From the NCBI GenBank assembly GCA_036493155.1, contig DASXQE010000106.1:299-64298 (forward strand): a DNA stretch of 64,000 nt, given 5' to 3'. The notes under the pieces are model-generated. The model saw nothing but the letters and a program-made list of their open reading frames with translations, ran no database searches and was not told the DNA's origin. This stretch comes from Candidatus Limnocylindrales bacterium. GTDB taxonomy: Bacteria > Chloroflexota > Limnocylindria > Limnocylindrales > CSP1-4. A program made the position numbers and the translations under genes. This document shows, in pieces, positions 1-9,855 of this stretch. Each line of letters opens with the position of its first letter. Positions within the stretch are counted from its first letter, which is position 1.

Positions 1-1100
1 GTCCAGAGCGATCCGACGCCGAAGGCCAGGGTGAAGTACAGCGCGAAGGTCACGTCGCGCAGCGGCGTCGGGACGACGTCGGCCAGCAGCGCCTGGAGCT
101 GCGGGCTCTCGGCGAACGAGAACAGGCCCATGATCGCCAGGCCGATCCAGACCCCGAGGAGGCTCGAGCCGGCGGCGAGGAAGGCCACGAAGCCGACGGC
201 GCCACCGAGGTAGGCCCCGATCACGACCGGCCGGCGCCCGATCCGATCGGACAGCCAGCCCGCGACCAGGGGCATCGGCACCGAGAGGACGATGAGCGCC
301 CCGTACATCAGGTTGGTGAGCGACTCGGGCAGCGCCAGGACGTGGCTCAGGTACAGCAGGGCGAAGAGGTTCGCAACGCCCAGCCCGCGGCCGCCGCCGC
401 CCAGGATCGAGGCGAGGTAGATCCGCCGGATCGTGGGGTCACGGCCGATGACGCCCATCGCGCTCCGGACGCTGCCTTGGGCGATCGCCGCCTCGCGATC
501 GGCCCCGGACTCGCGCACCCAGGCCAGGATCGCGAGCCCGATGAGCGCCGCCGGGATGCCGAACAGGACCGACACGCCCCGCCAGCCGAGCGTCGCGAGG
601 AGGAAGGGCCCGGCCAGTGCCACCACGACCGTCCCGACGTTGCCGCCCGAGATGTGGGCGCTGATCGCGAAGCCGCGGCGCTCCGGCGGGAACTGCTCGG
701 CCAGGAGGCCGTTGCCGACCGGATGCTGGGGTGACCCGCCGATCCGTGAGGCCACGTTGAAGGCCGCGAACTGGCCGAAGGTCGATGCCGTGGCCTGGGC
801 AGCGAAGCCGGCGCCGAACAGGATCCCGCCGATGGCCATCAGCCAGCGTCGGGGCACCCGCCGGGTCACGAACGCGAAGGTCGCCTGCACCAGGCCCGAG
901 CTGATGGAGCCCGCCGCCGACACGAAGGCGATGGCTTCCACCGGGACGTTGAGCTCGTCGATGACCTTCAGGAACAGCAGCGGCAGGATCACTGCCTGGG
1001 CGTGGTTGACCGCGTGGGCGATCGCCAGCAGCGACAGCGTCCGCCGGGGATCGATGTCACCCGCCGGGGCAGCTCGAGGAGCAGCGGGCTGCAGGGTCAC
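1..1100 (-). CDS. MFS transporter (partial, C-terminus beyond window start)
   Basis: Reverse-strand translation gives a 12-TM-like hydrophobic protein (…LAIAHAVNHAQAVILPLLFLKVIDELNVP…GRRPVVIGAYLGGAVGFVAFLAAG…). It has no stop in the window, so it is absent from the ORF track. Start near 1100 (GTG) is approximate. Confidence 0.65.
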   Translation of the reverse strand, partial: MTLQPAAPRAAPAGDIDPRRTLSLLAIAHAVNHAQAVILPLLFLKVIDELNVPVEAIAFVSAAGSISSGLVQATFAFVTRRVPRRWLMAIGGILFGAGFAAQATASTFGQFAAFNVASRIGGSPQHPVGNGLLAEQFPPERRGFAISAHISGGNVGTVVVALAGPFLLATLGWRGVSVLFGIPAALIGLAILAWVRESGADREAAIAQGSVRSAMGVIGRDPTIRRIYLASILGGGGRGLGVANLFALLYLSHVLALPESLTNLMYGALIVLSVPMPLVAGWLSDRIGRRPVVIGAYLGGAVGFVAFLAAGSSLLGVWIGLAIMGLFSFAESPQLQALLADVVPTPLRDVTFALYFTLAFGVGSLW

Positions 1101-1164
1101 CGGGGGTTCGGGAGGCACGGCCGCGAGGATAGCCGCGGGCGAGGGCCCCGGCGGCTCGGCTGGC

Positions 1165-1635
1165 TCAGCCGGCGTCCAGGATCGGGACGAGCCGGGCGAC
1201 CTCGCGAAGCGCGGCCTCGAGGTCCGGGGCGGCCAGGCCGGGTGCGGGTCGCTCGGACCAGGCGCTGGCGTAGCCGTCCCCGAGCCGGATCGCGGCGAGG
1301 TCGAACACGCCGGCAAACGCGCGGCCGCCGTCGACCGCGGCCTCGTAGGGCTGCTCGCGCTGGCGGAACGGCAGGCCGGTGGTGACGACCTCCACGAGCG
1401 TGTCCCACAGGCCGATGGCACGCATGCCCGGGATCAGGTCGGTGAGCAGATGGCCGCCCATGCCCCCGGCCGGCAGGCCCGCCCACGCGGCCGCGGCGCG
1501 GTTGTCGAACTCGATCCGGAAGTCCAGGAGCCGGCCGTCGCGGTCGCGGACGCTGCTGGCGACGGTGACGGGAATGGCGAGGGCGTCGAGCGCCGCGCGG
1601 GCGACGTCGTCGACGTGCGGGCGCGCCAGCGGCAT
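1165..1635 (-). CDS. PAS-domain sensory protein (standalone)
   Basis: 156 aa. PAS-like fold pattern (LDFRIEFDNRAAAAWAGLP…LTDLIPG…WDTLVEVVTTGLPFRQREQPY). Third-position GC is consistent with coding. Confidence 0.55.
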   Translation of the reverse strand: MPLARPHVDDVARAALDALAIPVTVASSVRDRDGRLLDFRIEFDNRAAAAWAGLPAGGMGGHLLTDLIPGMRAIGLWDTLVEVVTTGLPFRQREQPYEAAVDGGRAFAGVFDLAAIRLGDGYASAWSERPAPGLAAPDLEAALREVARLVPILDAG

Positions 1636-1783
1636 CGCGTCCTCCCTCCGACCTGAGGCCGCGCCCCGGACGCGTGGCTCGGACGGATGGTAGCGAACGA
1701 GCGGCCGGGAGACCCGGCCGCTCGATGCCTTGTCGCGGGCTGGCGTCGGCCCGGGGATGGCCCCCGAGGTCGGCGCGGGCTGG

Positions 1784-3148
1784 CTAGAACTGCTCCAGGT
1801 AGCGCTCCACTTCCCAGTCGCTGACCTGGGTGCGGTACTCGTCCCACTCGTCGCGCTTGGCCGCGACGAAGTGATCGAAGACGTGGTCGCCGAGGGCTTC
1901 CCGGATCACGTCGTCCTGCTGGAGCTCGTCGAGCGCCTCGCCGAGCGTGCCCGGCAGCTCCTTGATGCCCTTCGAGGCGATCTGGGCCGCGTCCATCTCG
2001 AACAGCGACTCCTCGACCGGCTCGCTGAGCGTGAGGCCCTTCTCGACGCCATCCAGGCCCGCGGCGATCATCGCCGCGAAGGCGAGGTAGGTGTTCGAGG
2101 CCGGGTCCGGGCAGCGGACCTCGAGGCGGGTGCCTTCGATGGACTTCCCGGGGGAGACCATCGGCACCCGGATCAGGGCCGACCGGTTGGTCCGGCCCCA
2201 CGTCAGGTAGGTCGGGGCCTCGTAGCCCGGGACCAGCCGCTTGTAGCTGTTCACGAGCGGGGCGAGGACCGCGATCATCCCGCGGGCGTGGGCCAGGATG
2301 CCGGCGGCGTAGGACTTGGCCAGCGGCGACAGCCCGTACGACGACTCGGCGTCGGCGAAGGCATTCCTCGAACCCTCGATCGAGTAGAGGCTCTGATGGG
2401 TATGCATCCCGGAGCCGTTGATCCCATGGATCGGCTTGGGCATGAACGTCGCGTACAGGCCGTGCTGCTGGGCGATCGCCTTGAGCGTGAACTTGAAGGT
2501 GATCGCGTTGTCCGCGGTCTGGAGGGCGTCGGCGTACTCGAAGTCGATCTCGTGCTGGCCCGCCGCGACCTCGTGGTGGGCGGCCTCGACCCGGATTCCG
2601 AAGGCCTCGAGCGCGTCGACCATGTCCTCGCGGATGTCGCTGGCGAGGTCGGTGCTGAAGTCGAAGTAGCCGGCCTGGTCGTGCGGCAGCGGCGCGATGG
2701 AGCCGTCATCGCCGCGACGGAACAGGAAGAACTCGAGCTCGGGGCCCATGTTCACGAGATAGCCGAGCTTGCGGGCCCGCTCGACCTGGCGCCGGAGGAC
2801 GTAGCGCGGGTCGCCGGCGAAGGCCTCGCCACGGGGCGTGTACACGTCGCAGATGACGCGGGCCGTGCCGCGCGGGCCGGAGCCCTTGAGCCACGGGATC
2901 TCGGAGAAGGTCCGCATGTCCGGCATGAGGTACTGGTCGCTCTCGGCGATCCGGGTGAAGCCCTCGACCGACGAGCCGTCGAACCAGGTCCCGTGCCGGA
3001 CCGAGCCCTCGAGCTGATGGATCGGGATCGTGACGGCCTTGACGACGCCCATGATGTCGGTGAACTGGAGCTGGACGAACCGGATGCCCTTGCTCTTGGC
3101 CCCCTCGATCATCTCGATCCCCGACACCGCCTCGTATGGCGCAACCAC
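1784..3148 (-). CDS. glnA: glutamine synthetase type I
   Basis: Full-length GSI match (IRFVQLQFTDIMG, DGSSVEGF, NGSGMHTHQSLY, adenylylation-region-like NSYKRLVPGYEAP). Probable GTG start at 3148 preceded by AGGAGG; an in-frame ATG at 3112 is the alternative. Confidence 0.9.
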   Translation of the reverse strand: MVAPYEAVSGIEMIEGAKSKGIRFVQLQFTDIMGVVKAVTIPIHQLEGSVRHGTWFDGSSVEGFTRIAESDQYLMPDMRTFSEIPWLKGSGPRGTARVICDVYTPRGEAFAGDPRYVLRRQVERARKLGYLVNMGPELEFFLFRRGDDGSIAPLPHDQAGYFDFSTDLASDIREDMVDALEAFGIRVEAAHHEVAAGQHEIDFEYADALQTADNAITFKFTLKAIAQQHGLYATFMPKPIHGINGSGMHTHQSLYSIEGSRNAFADAESSYGLSPLAKSYAAGILAHARGMIAVLAPLVNSYKRLVPGYEAPTYLTWGRTNRSALIRVPMVSPGKSIEGTRLEVRCPDPASNTYLAFAAMIAAGLDGVEKGLTLSEPVEESLFEMDAAQIASKGIKELPGTLGEALDELQQDDVIREALGDHVFDHFVAAKRDEWDEYRTQVSDWEVERYLEQF

Positions 3149-3298
3149 CGATGCACCCCTCCTGCTGCGACGCCGGTCCTGGTGCTCGCGAGCCTGGCTT
3201 TGTGCGAGGCGCACCACTCTCGGCGACCTGACGTTCGGAATGTCAGCCTAGCAGCGTCGACATCGCCGGCACGGCCCGGCCACCGCGGGATTCGGCGA

Positions 3299-4768
3299 TC
3301 AGACTTGGTCGTCTTGCACGAGTCTGACCGCGATCGAGAGCGGCAGCCGGAGCTCGGGGTCGGTCAGTCGCCAGCCGCTCGCCGCCTCGATCCGCCGCAG
3401 CCGGTACGCGACCGTGTTGCGATGGACGCCCAGCGCCGCGGCGGCCTCGTTGACACCGCCCCGATCGAGCACCGCGCGAAGCGTCTGGAGGCGCTCCCGC
3501 CGCACGTCCGGGCGGCCCGTCAGGATCGGCGCCAGGAGAGCCGCGGCGAGACGCCGGCCGTCCGCGAGGTTGTGCATTGCGCCCACCAGGCGGTACGCGG
3601 GCAGGCGCTCCGCTCGGGCGACCTTCGGGGCATCGGGCAGCGCCAGGACCGCGTCGAGGGTCGTCCGCGCCTCGGCTTCGGCGGTGGGCCGGTCGGCCGC
3701 ACTGGCGAACGGCCTCGAGACGGCGACCGTCCGGCCGAGCACCGCGGCGAGTCGCCCAGCGAGCTCGTCGGTATCGGTGTCCGCTCCGGCGAGGACGACC
3801 CGGAACTCGAGCGAGTTGGCGTCCCCGCGGAGCGCGAGGCGTCGCGCCGGGGCGAGGAGGCGCAGCTCCCGCCGCAGCTGTTCGCGGGCGGTTCGCGCCG
3901 CCGGGGCATCGTCGTCGGCCGACGCTCCACGCTGGCGGGCGAGCACCACGACCCAGGGCGGGCCGCCGCTGGGCAGCGCCTCGCGCCCGCCCCGGTCCGC
4001 CGCACGTCGAACCGCCTCGTCCCTGGCCAGCTCGAGGGCCAGCAGCGTGGCGGCTCGCGTGAGCGCTCGATCCTCGAGCTCGGTCAGAGGCCGGTCGCCG
4101 AGGGCTGCGAGCGCGCCGCCAGACGGCACCGCCACCCGGACGGCCGCCTCACGACGGCCGGCGAGATAGCTCGCCACCAGTGGCGCCGCGGCCGGCTCAT
4201 TGACCGGAGCGTGGACGGTCACGACCTCGCCGCGCGGCGCCTCGAGGGCGAGCGGCCGCGCCAGGAACTCCGCGGCGGCCGCCACGATCGAGGCCGCGCC
4301 CTCGCCGGCGAGCGCCCGCCGCTCGAGGTCGGACTCGAGGAGGCCGGCCTGCCGATCGAGCTCCCCCGCCCGGCTCACGATGAAGCCGATGACGCTGCGT
4401 TCCACGGCAGCCGGATCGGCCGGCGGTACCCGCAGGCCCGCGACGCCGGCCGCGGCCATGGCGCGCTGGAGCTCGTCGAGGCGATCCCCCGCTGCGGGCG
4501 CGAGCGACTCGCCCTCGACCAGGAGCACGCCAGCAACCTCCGTGGTTCGGAATGCGGCGATGAGCGGCGCAAGGTCGTCCGGGCTCGTCGCGACGACGGC
4601 CAGCGCCGAGGCCGGGACGATCGCCAGGTCGCCGGGCTCCAGGGCGTCGAAGGCCGGGACCCGGGCCTTCATCACTCGGACCCACGCCAGGCGCCCGTCA
4701 CCGCTGCTGGCGCCGATGGGCCGGGCGGCCGGGAAGAGCTCGGCGCGCAGGTCGCCGAGCGTCGTCAC
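3299..4768 (-). CDS. PucR/CdaR-family transcriptional regulator
   Basis: 489 aa with a C-terminal PucR-type HTH (GVHRNTVAYRLRRIE) and a long Ala/Arg-rich N-terminal sensor region. Lies immediately upstream of glnA on the same strand. Confidence 0.75.
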   Translation of the reverse strand: MTTLGDLRAELFPAARPIGASSGDGRLAWVRVMKARVPAFDALEPGDLAIVPASALAVVATSPDDLAPLIAAFRTTEVAGVLLVEGESLAPAAGDRLDELQRAMAAAGVAGLRVPPADPAAVERSVIGFIVSRAGELDRQAGLLESDLERRALAGEGAASIVAAAAEFLARPLALEAPRGEVVTVHAPVNEPAAAPLVASYLAGRREAAVRVAVPSGGALAALGDRPLTELEDRALTRAATLLALELARDEAVRRAADRGGREALPSGGPPWVVVLARQRGASADDDAPAARTAREQLRRELRLLAPARRLALRGDANSLEFRVVLAGADTDTDELAGRLAAVLGRTVAVSRPFASAADRPTAEAEARTTLDAVLALPDAPKVARAERLPAYRLVGAMHNLADGRRLAAALLAPILTGRPDVRRERLQTLRAVLDRGGVNEAAAALGVHRNTVAYRLRRIEAASGWRLTDPELRLPLSIAVRLVQDDQV

Positions 4769-6339
4769 GGTCCCGGCGCCGGCGTCGGCGCCGCCGGCGC
4801 CTCGGGGTCGCGGGCGGCAGGGTCACGCGTCGCGGAACCGCGCGCTGCGGGGTCGCGCGCTGCGGGGCCGAGCGCCGGAGCGCCTGGTCCCACGTGGCCG
4901 CGTGCCGCAACCAGGTCGTCGACGATGCCCGCGAGCTCGTGGTCGAAGTCGGCCTGGCGGTCGGCCCGGCCCACGAGGTCCACCCGGCCATCCGGGCTCA
5001 GGCGGGTCCAGATGCGCCGCCGCGGCAGGTAGAACGTGATGGCGAGGCCGCCGAGCAGGGCCGCGAACGCGAGCCACACGAGATAGGCGCCGGGGTCCTT
5101 CTTGGCGATGAGGATCGTGTAGGCAGACACCGATTTGAGCGCCACGGAGATGCCGATCCCGGGGATCGACGCGGTCTCGCCCAGGCCGACCGCGGCCGGG
5201 AAGCCGGTCACGATGGCCGGGGTCCCGTCCGGGTTCGTGCCGGTGTCGGCGTAGGGCAGCGCGATGATCGAGGCCTGGCCGGTGGCGTCCTTGCTCAGGA
5301 CGATCTGGAGCCCGACCGACTGGCCCGGCACGGGCAAGGCGCCGTACGGCAGGTTCGCCGCGGCGTTGGTGAGCGGCACCGGGCCCGACCACAGCACGCT
5401 GCCGTCGGTCGTCGATCGCAGCTCCACGACCGGCGCCGGTCCGTAGCCGTTCAGATGGAACGAGTAGCCATCGACCTCGAGCGGGTCGTTGACCCGGATG
5501 ACCTTGCGGGCCTCGAGCTGACCGTTCCGGTAGACGGACAGGTCGGTCGTGTAGTCCGTGGGGGTGCCGGTCTCCAGGCCGGGAGCGGAGAAGCCGTTGT
5601 TCTGGACGAGGAGCAGGCCGGGTGTGCCGATCGGCTGGACGCTCAGCGTGTCGCCCTCCGACACGACCAGGCCCTGCTCGTCGCCGAGTCGGGCGGTCAC
5701 GAGGCCGGCGATCAGGAACAGGATCAGGCCCAGGTGCGAGACCAGCGTCGCGAGCTTCGTCCAGCGGTTGCGATCGCCGTAGACATAGGCGACGCCGTCG
5801 GCGGAGACCTCCGTCCGGACGTGGAACCGCCGGCGTCGGAGGACCTGGGCCAGCGTCTCGCGCGAGAGGTTCCCGCCGCCCAGGATCGAGATCCGGTCCG
5901 GCAGGCCCGGATCGAAGTAGGCGTCCGGCTGCTGGACGCGGATGAAGGCGGCCTGGCGCCACAGCCGCGGGGTCCGGTCGAGCGTGCAGATGACGATCGA
6001 CACGACGAGGATCACCAGCCCGAGGCTGAACCACGTCGACGTGAAGACGTGGAACAGCTGCAGCCGGTCCAGGAGGTCGACGCCGGCGGTGCCGATGGCC
6101 GGCTCGTAGATCGCCCGCAGGCGGGCCATCTCGGTGGCGTAGTCGGCCGCGGAGTGGAACGCGAAGCCGGGCAGCTGCCGGACCGTCATGCCGACGACCG
6201 CGAGGAGGCCCAGGACGATGATCTGGACCACCGCGAAGTTGACCGACGTGAAGAGCCGCCACAACGCCATGCCGGCGCGGGCTGCGAGGACCGGCTCGGT
6301 GCGGACCGCGGGTCGCTCCGCGATCAGGGTGGCCATGGG
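4765..6339 (-). CDS. resB: cytochrome c biogenesis protein ResB/Ccs1-like
   Basis: N-terminal TM segment WRLFTSVNFAVVQIIVLGLLAVVGMT, a large extracytoplasmic domain, and a C-terminal TM plus FYLPRRRIW typical of ResB. Real start likely MATLIAERP (6339). Low-complexity Pro/Ala/Arg tail. Confidence 0.65.
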   Translation of the reverse strand, partial: PMATLIAERPAVRTEPVLAARAGMALWRLFTSVNFAVVQIIVLGLLAVVGMTVRQLPGFAFHSAADYATEMARLRAIYEPAIGTAGVDLLDRLQLFHVFTSTWFSLGLVILVVSIVICTLDRTPRLWRQAAFIRVQQPDAYFDPGLPDRISILGGGNLSRETLAQVLRRRRFHVRTEVSADGVAYVYGDRNRWTKLATLVSHLGLILFLIAGLVTARLGDEQGLVVSEGDTLSVQPIGTPGLLLVQNNGFSAPGLETGTPTDYTTDLSVYRNGQLEARKVIRVNDPLEVDGYSFHLNGYGPAPVVELRSTTDGSVLWSGPVPLTNAAANLPYGALPVPGQSVGLQIVLSKDATGQASIIALPYADTGTNPDGTPAIVTGFPAAVGLGETASIPGIGISVALKSVSAYTILIAKKDPGAYLVWLAFAALLGGLAITFYLPRRRIWTRLSPDGRVDLVGRADRQADFDHELAGIVDDLVAARGHVGPGAPALGPAARDPAARGSATRDPAARDPEAPAAPTPAPGP

Positions 6340-6346
6340 ACCGAGA

Positions 6347-7609
6347 CTACACGGCCCGGCCGCTTGACCCTCGCCCCAGCTCCGACTCGATCGAGACCAT
6401 GGTCGGCTCGACGGACGCCCGGGCCACGCGGTTCTTGCCGCCTCGCTTCGAGACGTACATCGCCCGGTCGGCACTGAGCATCAGCGCGTCGGCAGTCCGG
6501 CCATCGGTCGGGTAGGACACGACGCCGACGGACACGGTCGGGCGCATCTCGATGCCGGGGATGGCCGCGTCCGCCACCCCGAGCCGGATCTTCTCCGCCA
6601 GCACCCAGCCACCGGTCGGATCGGTCTCCGGGAGGAGCGCGACGAACTCATCACCACCGTAGCGAGCGGCGACGTCGATGCGCCGGATCCCGGTCTTGAC
6701 GGTCTCGGCCACGACCCGCAGGACCGCGTCGCCGGCGTGGTGGCCGTGGCGGTCGTTGACGGCCTTGAGCTCGTCGAGGTCCAGCATGATCAGGCAGAAG
6801 CCCCGACCCGACCGCTCGCTGCGGGCGATCTCCCGCTCCAGCGCCGCGAAGAAGAACGTCCGGTTGAACAGGCCGGTGAGCGCATCGACCGCCGAGAGCC
6901 GCAGGGCCGCGTCGCGCGAGCGGCGCTGCTCCCGCCCGACGAACGAGCCGATCCCCGCCAGCAGGTACAGGACTGTCAGGTTGACCGCCAGGCTGACGAC
7001 CTGGCCGCCGTCCGGGGAGCCGCTCCCGGCGTAGCCGGCGACGAGGTAGCCGGCGGTGGCGCCGAGGGCCAGCAGGAGCGTGGGCACCAGGCCGATGACG
7101 AGCGACGCGCCGCCGACGATCAGGGGGAAGGCGAAGGCGAAGGGACTCGCGAAGCCGTCCGTCAGGACCACGAGGACGGCGGCGAAGGCGAGCGCCGCGA
7201 CGGCCTCCAGGAAGCCACGCAGCGTGGCCGGCAGCCGGCCCGGCGTCAGGTCGTGGATGACCAGTGTGAAGCCGCCGGCGATGGCGATCCAGACGACGAT
7301 CCGCGGCAGCCGATCGGCCCACTGGCCGCTGGCCGCGACGATCAGGGCGGTGGCCATGAGGAACGTCCAGCTGACGATCCGGAAGACGCGGTCGTAGGAC
7401 GGCGCCGCCGTGGCGGCCGTGTCCGGCAGCAGGCCCTCGGCCAGGGCGACGTCGGTGCTGTCGAGCGGCACCCGATCGAGAGCGGTCGACGAGTCGCCGG
7501 TGCGGTTCGCCAGCCGGGTCCGGATCGAGGGCGCGAGCAGCACGGCCATCAGCGCGAGGTTGACGGCGAGCGCGACGCCGACGATGGCGAGGATCGTCTC
7601 AGTGGGCAC
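6347..7609 (-). CDS. membrane-anchored diguanylate cyclase (GGDEF)
   Basis: About 6 TM helices followed by a GGDEF domain (RYGGDEF, DxLTGLxNR). Confidence 0.85.
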   Translation of the reverse strand: MPTETILAIVGVALAVNLALMAVLLAPSIRTRLANRTGDSSTALDRVPLDSTDVALAEGLLPDTAATAAPSYDRVFRIVSWTFLMATALIVAASGQWADRLPRIVVWIAIAGGFTLVIHDLTPGRLPATLRGFLEAVAALAFAAVLVVLTDGFASPFAFAFPLIVGGASLVIGLVPTLLLALGATAGYLVAGYAGSGSPDGGQVVSLAVNLTVLYLLAGIGSFVGREQRRSRDAALRLSAVDALTGLFNRTFFFAALEREIARSERSGRGFCLIMLDLDELKAVNDRHGHHAGDAVLRVVAETVKTGIRRIDVAARYGGDEFVALLPETDPTGGWVLAEKIRLGVADAAIPGIEMRPTVSVGVVSYPTDGRTADALMLSADRAMYVSKRGGKNRVARASVEPTMVSIESELGRGSSGRAV

Positions 7610-7753
7610 GGTTCCGGACTGGCCCCCGGGGGAAGTGGGACGCCGCGCGGGACGGGCGCGACGAACGATGGGTCAGAGCGCGCTCATCCTAGCGTCCTCG
7701 CCCCGCGACCACGCAGCTCGGCGCGTCACGCGGTGCCTCCTGGCAACGGCGGG

Positions 7754-8269
7754 TCAGCGCGTGCCGTACTGGTAGGTCTGCTTGACGAGGCGCAGGTAGG
7801 TGAACGTCTCGGTGTCGCGGACGCCGTCGATCTGCTGGAGCCGATCGGCCAGGAACGACAGCAGCGCCTCGTTGTCCTCGGCGACGGTCTCGATGAGGAT
7901 GTCGAAGCGGCCCGCGGTGACGACCACGTAGTCCACCTCGCGAAGCGCCGCGAGGGCGTCGGCGACGGCGAGCAGCCGGCCGGGCTCGCAGCGGATCCCG
8001 ATGAGTGCCTGCTGGAAGCCGAGCTTGCCCGGGTCGGCGACACCCACGACCTGGAGGATGCCGCGCTCGACGAGCCGGTTGGTCCGGGCCCGGACGGCGG
8101 CCTCGGACACGCCCAGGGCCGACGCGATCTGGGTGAAGGCCCGGCGGCCGTCCTCCTGGAGGTGCTCGATGATGCCCTTGTCGAGGGGCGAGAGCTCGTC
8201 GGTGCGGCGATTCCGGCGGCCCGCACCGTCGTCCGGATTCGAACTTCGCATCGGCGGCGATGCTAGCAC
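7754..8269 (-). CDS. Lrp/AsnC-family transcriptional regulator
   Basis: HTH (IIEHLQEDGRRAFTQIASALGVSEAAVRARTNRL) followed by a RAM domain. Confidence 0.85.
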   Translation of the reverse strand: MLASPPMRSSNPDDGAGRRNRRTDELSPLDKGIIEHLQEDGRRAFTQIASALGVSEAAVRARTNRLVERGILQVVGVADPGKLGFQQALIGIRCEPGRLLAVADALAALREVDYVVVTAGRFDILIETVAEDNEALLSFLADRLQQIDGVRDTETFTYLRLVKQTYQYGTR

Positions 8270-8289
8270 CTGATCCGCGCGATTCCGGC

Positions 8290-9213
8290 TCAGCCCCGGT
8301 CGAGCGCCTCGAGCATTGGCGCGAGCGCCTCGATGGCGCCGAGGGTGATCGGATCCACGACCAGCTGGACCTCATCGACCCCGATCGCGGCGTAACCCCG
8401 GAGGGCCTCGGCGATGGCCTCGGGCGAGCCCTCGACCGGCACGATCGCGGCACGCTTCGAATCGCCCATCACCCGGCCCTCGCCCCCGGACAGCCGCACG
8501 TGGACCGCCACCGTCCGGGTGATGTCGGCGGGATCCCGGCCGACCTCGCGGCAGGCCTCGTCCAGCCGGGCCAGGAACGGCAGTGTGCCCGCGGGCGTGT
8601 TGCCGGTGTCGGCGTACCAGACGTTCCAGGCATCGGCGAAGGGCATCGTGATTCGCAGCATCCGGGGACCGCTGCTGCCGATCAGGAGCGGCGGCCCGCC
8701 GGCGCGCGCCGGTCGAGGCAGGAGCTCGCAGTCGCGCGCCTGGAAGTACTGGCCATCGAAGTCGATTCGACCGTCCCGGAGCAGCGTCCGGATGATCGTG
8801 AAGGCCTCCTCGAACCGGTCGATCCGATGATCGAACGGAAACCCGAACGCGGCGAACTCGGTCTCGTTCCAGCCCGCGCCCAAGCCCAGGACCAGCCGCC
8901 CGCCGCTCACCTCGTCGACGGTCGCGGCGAGCTTGGCCAGCATCGCCGGGGCGTGGAATGCCGTCGAGGCAACGAGGGGCCCGAGCCGGATCCGCGACGT
9001 CGAGGCGGCGATGGCCGCGAGCATCGTCCAGGCTTCCCACGGGCCGCGGGCCTCACGGCCGGCCCAGCGGTACAGGAGATGGTCGCCGAGCCACAGGCTG
9101 TCGAAGCCGGCGTCCTCCGCGAGCCGCGCCATGGCGAGGTACTCGGGCCAGCGAACCTCGCGCTCGACCTCGGGGAGCTGGATCCCGACGCGGATGGGTC
9201 GTTCGGCTGCCAC
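8290..9213 (-). CDS. LLM-class (luciferase-like) F420-dependent oxidoreductase
   Basis: Bacterial luciferase-like TIM-barrel motifs (FDSLWLGDHL, LGLGAGW, PPLLIGSSGPRML). Confidence 0.8.
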   Translation of the reverse strand: MAAERPIRVGIQLPEVEREVRWPEYLAMARLAEDAGFDSLWLGDHLLYRWAGREARGPWEAWTMLAAIAASTSRIRLGPLVASTAFHAPAMLAKLAATVDEVSGGRLVLGLGAGWNETEFAAFGFPFDHRIDRFEEAFTIIRTLLRDGRIDFDGQYFQARDCELLPRPARAGGPPLLIGSSGPRMLRITMPFADAWNVWYADTGNTPAGTLPFLARLDEACREVGRDPADITRTVAVHVRLSGGEGRVMGDSKRAAIVPVEGSPEAIAEALRGYAAIGVDEVQLVVDPITLGAIEALAPMLEALDRG

Positions 9214-9231
9214 GGCGGGCAGCCTACTGGA

Positions 9232-9711
9232 TCACAGCTGGCCGAGGCTCCCGTCGCCCCGAAGGCTGATCGTCTCGGCGTACTCGCCCCGCAGGCGGTC
9301 CACCTCGGCTCGAGCCTCGCGTTCCTCGTCGGAGTCGGCCGCGGCCGCGGCCAGCCGCCGCTCGGCGGCTCGCCAGTCGGCCAGGATGAGCATCGCCTCG
9401 CGCGGGCCGGGCGGGACGTCCTCGATCGCCTGGTCCAGGACTGCCGGGTCGCCGCTCTTGGCGAGACGCGCAACCTGGTCGGCCAGCCGCTCCTCGTCAC
9501 CGGAGGACACCAGGGCCCTCGCGGCGACGTCCTGGACCTCGCGCGCCAGGCGCACGAACTCCGGGTCCTCCGGCTTGAGCTCGCGCTTGCGCGACTCGAG
9601 CTCGTACAGCCGATCGATCTGGCGCAGCAGCAGGTCAGAGGCGGACCGCAGGTCGGCTGCGACCTGGGCGCCGTCGGGAGTCTGACCGGCCTCGGGTGGA
9701 ATGTCGTTCAT
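9232..9711 (-). CDS. hypothetical acidic coiled-coil protein
   Basis: Only the C-terminal 160 codons (from MNDIPPEAG…, ATG at 9711) of the 792-aa track ORF look coding. The rest is antisense to the K+ channel gene. Confidence 0.45.
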   Translation of the reverse strand: MNDIPPEAGQTPDGAQVAADLRSASDLLLRQIDRLYELESRKRELKPEDPEFVRLAREVQDVAARALVSSGDEERLADQVARLAKSGDPAVLDQAIEDVPPGPREAMLILADWRAAERRLAAAAADSDEEREARAEVDRLRGEYAETISLRGDGSLGQL

Positions 9712-9855
9712 GGCTGACCTCCGCGCGACCGCGACCATCCGGGGCGGCGGATCGCTCCATGCTGCCGGGAACGGTTTGCACCTGGCTGTCGGGGAGGACC
9801 GCCAGCCTTTCGGCAGGCAGCCATTCGCGGCGCCCGAGCGTGCCATGATCCCGGC

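Noticed and set aside
433-1656. 407-aa plus-strand ORF
   Set aside because: Antisense to the MFS transporter. The Arg/Ala/Pro-rich translation has no motif.
1730-5032. 1100-aa plus-strand ORF
   Set aside because: Arg/Gly/Asp-rich low-complexity translation antisense to glnA and the PucR regulator. Typical high-GC shadow ORF with no recognisable domain.
4894-8266. Plus-strand ORFs 4894-6477 (527 aa) and 6737-8266 (509 aa)
   Set aside because: Antisense to resB, the GGDEF gene and lrp. Extreme Arg/Asp/Gly content with no domains.
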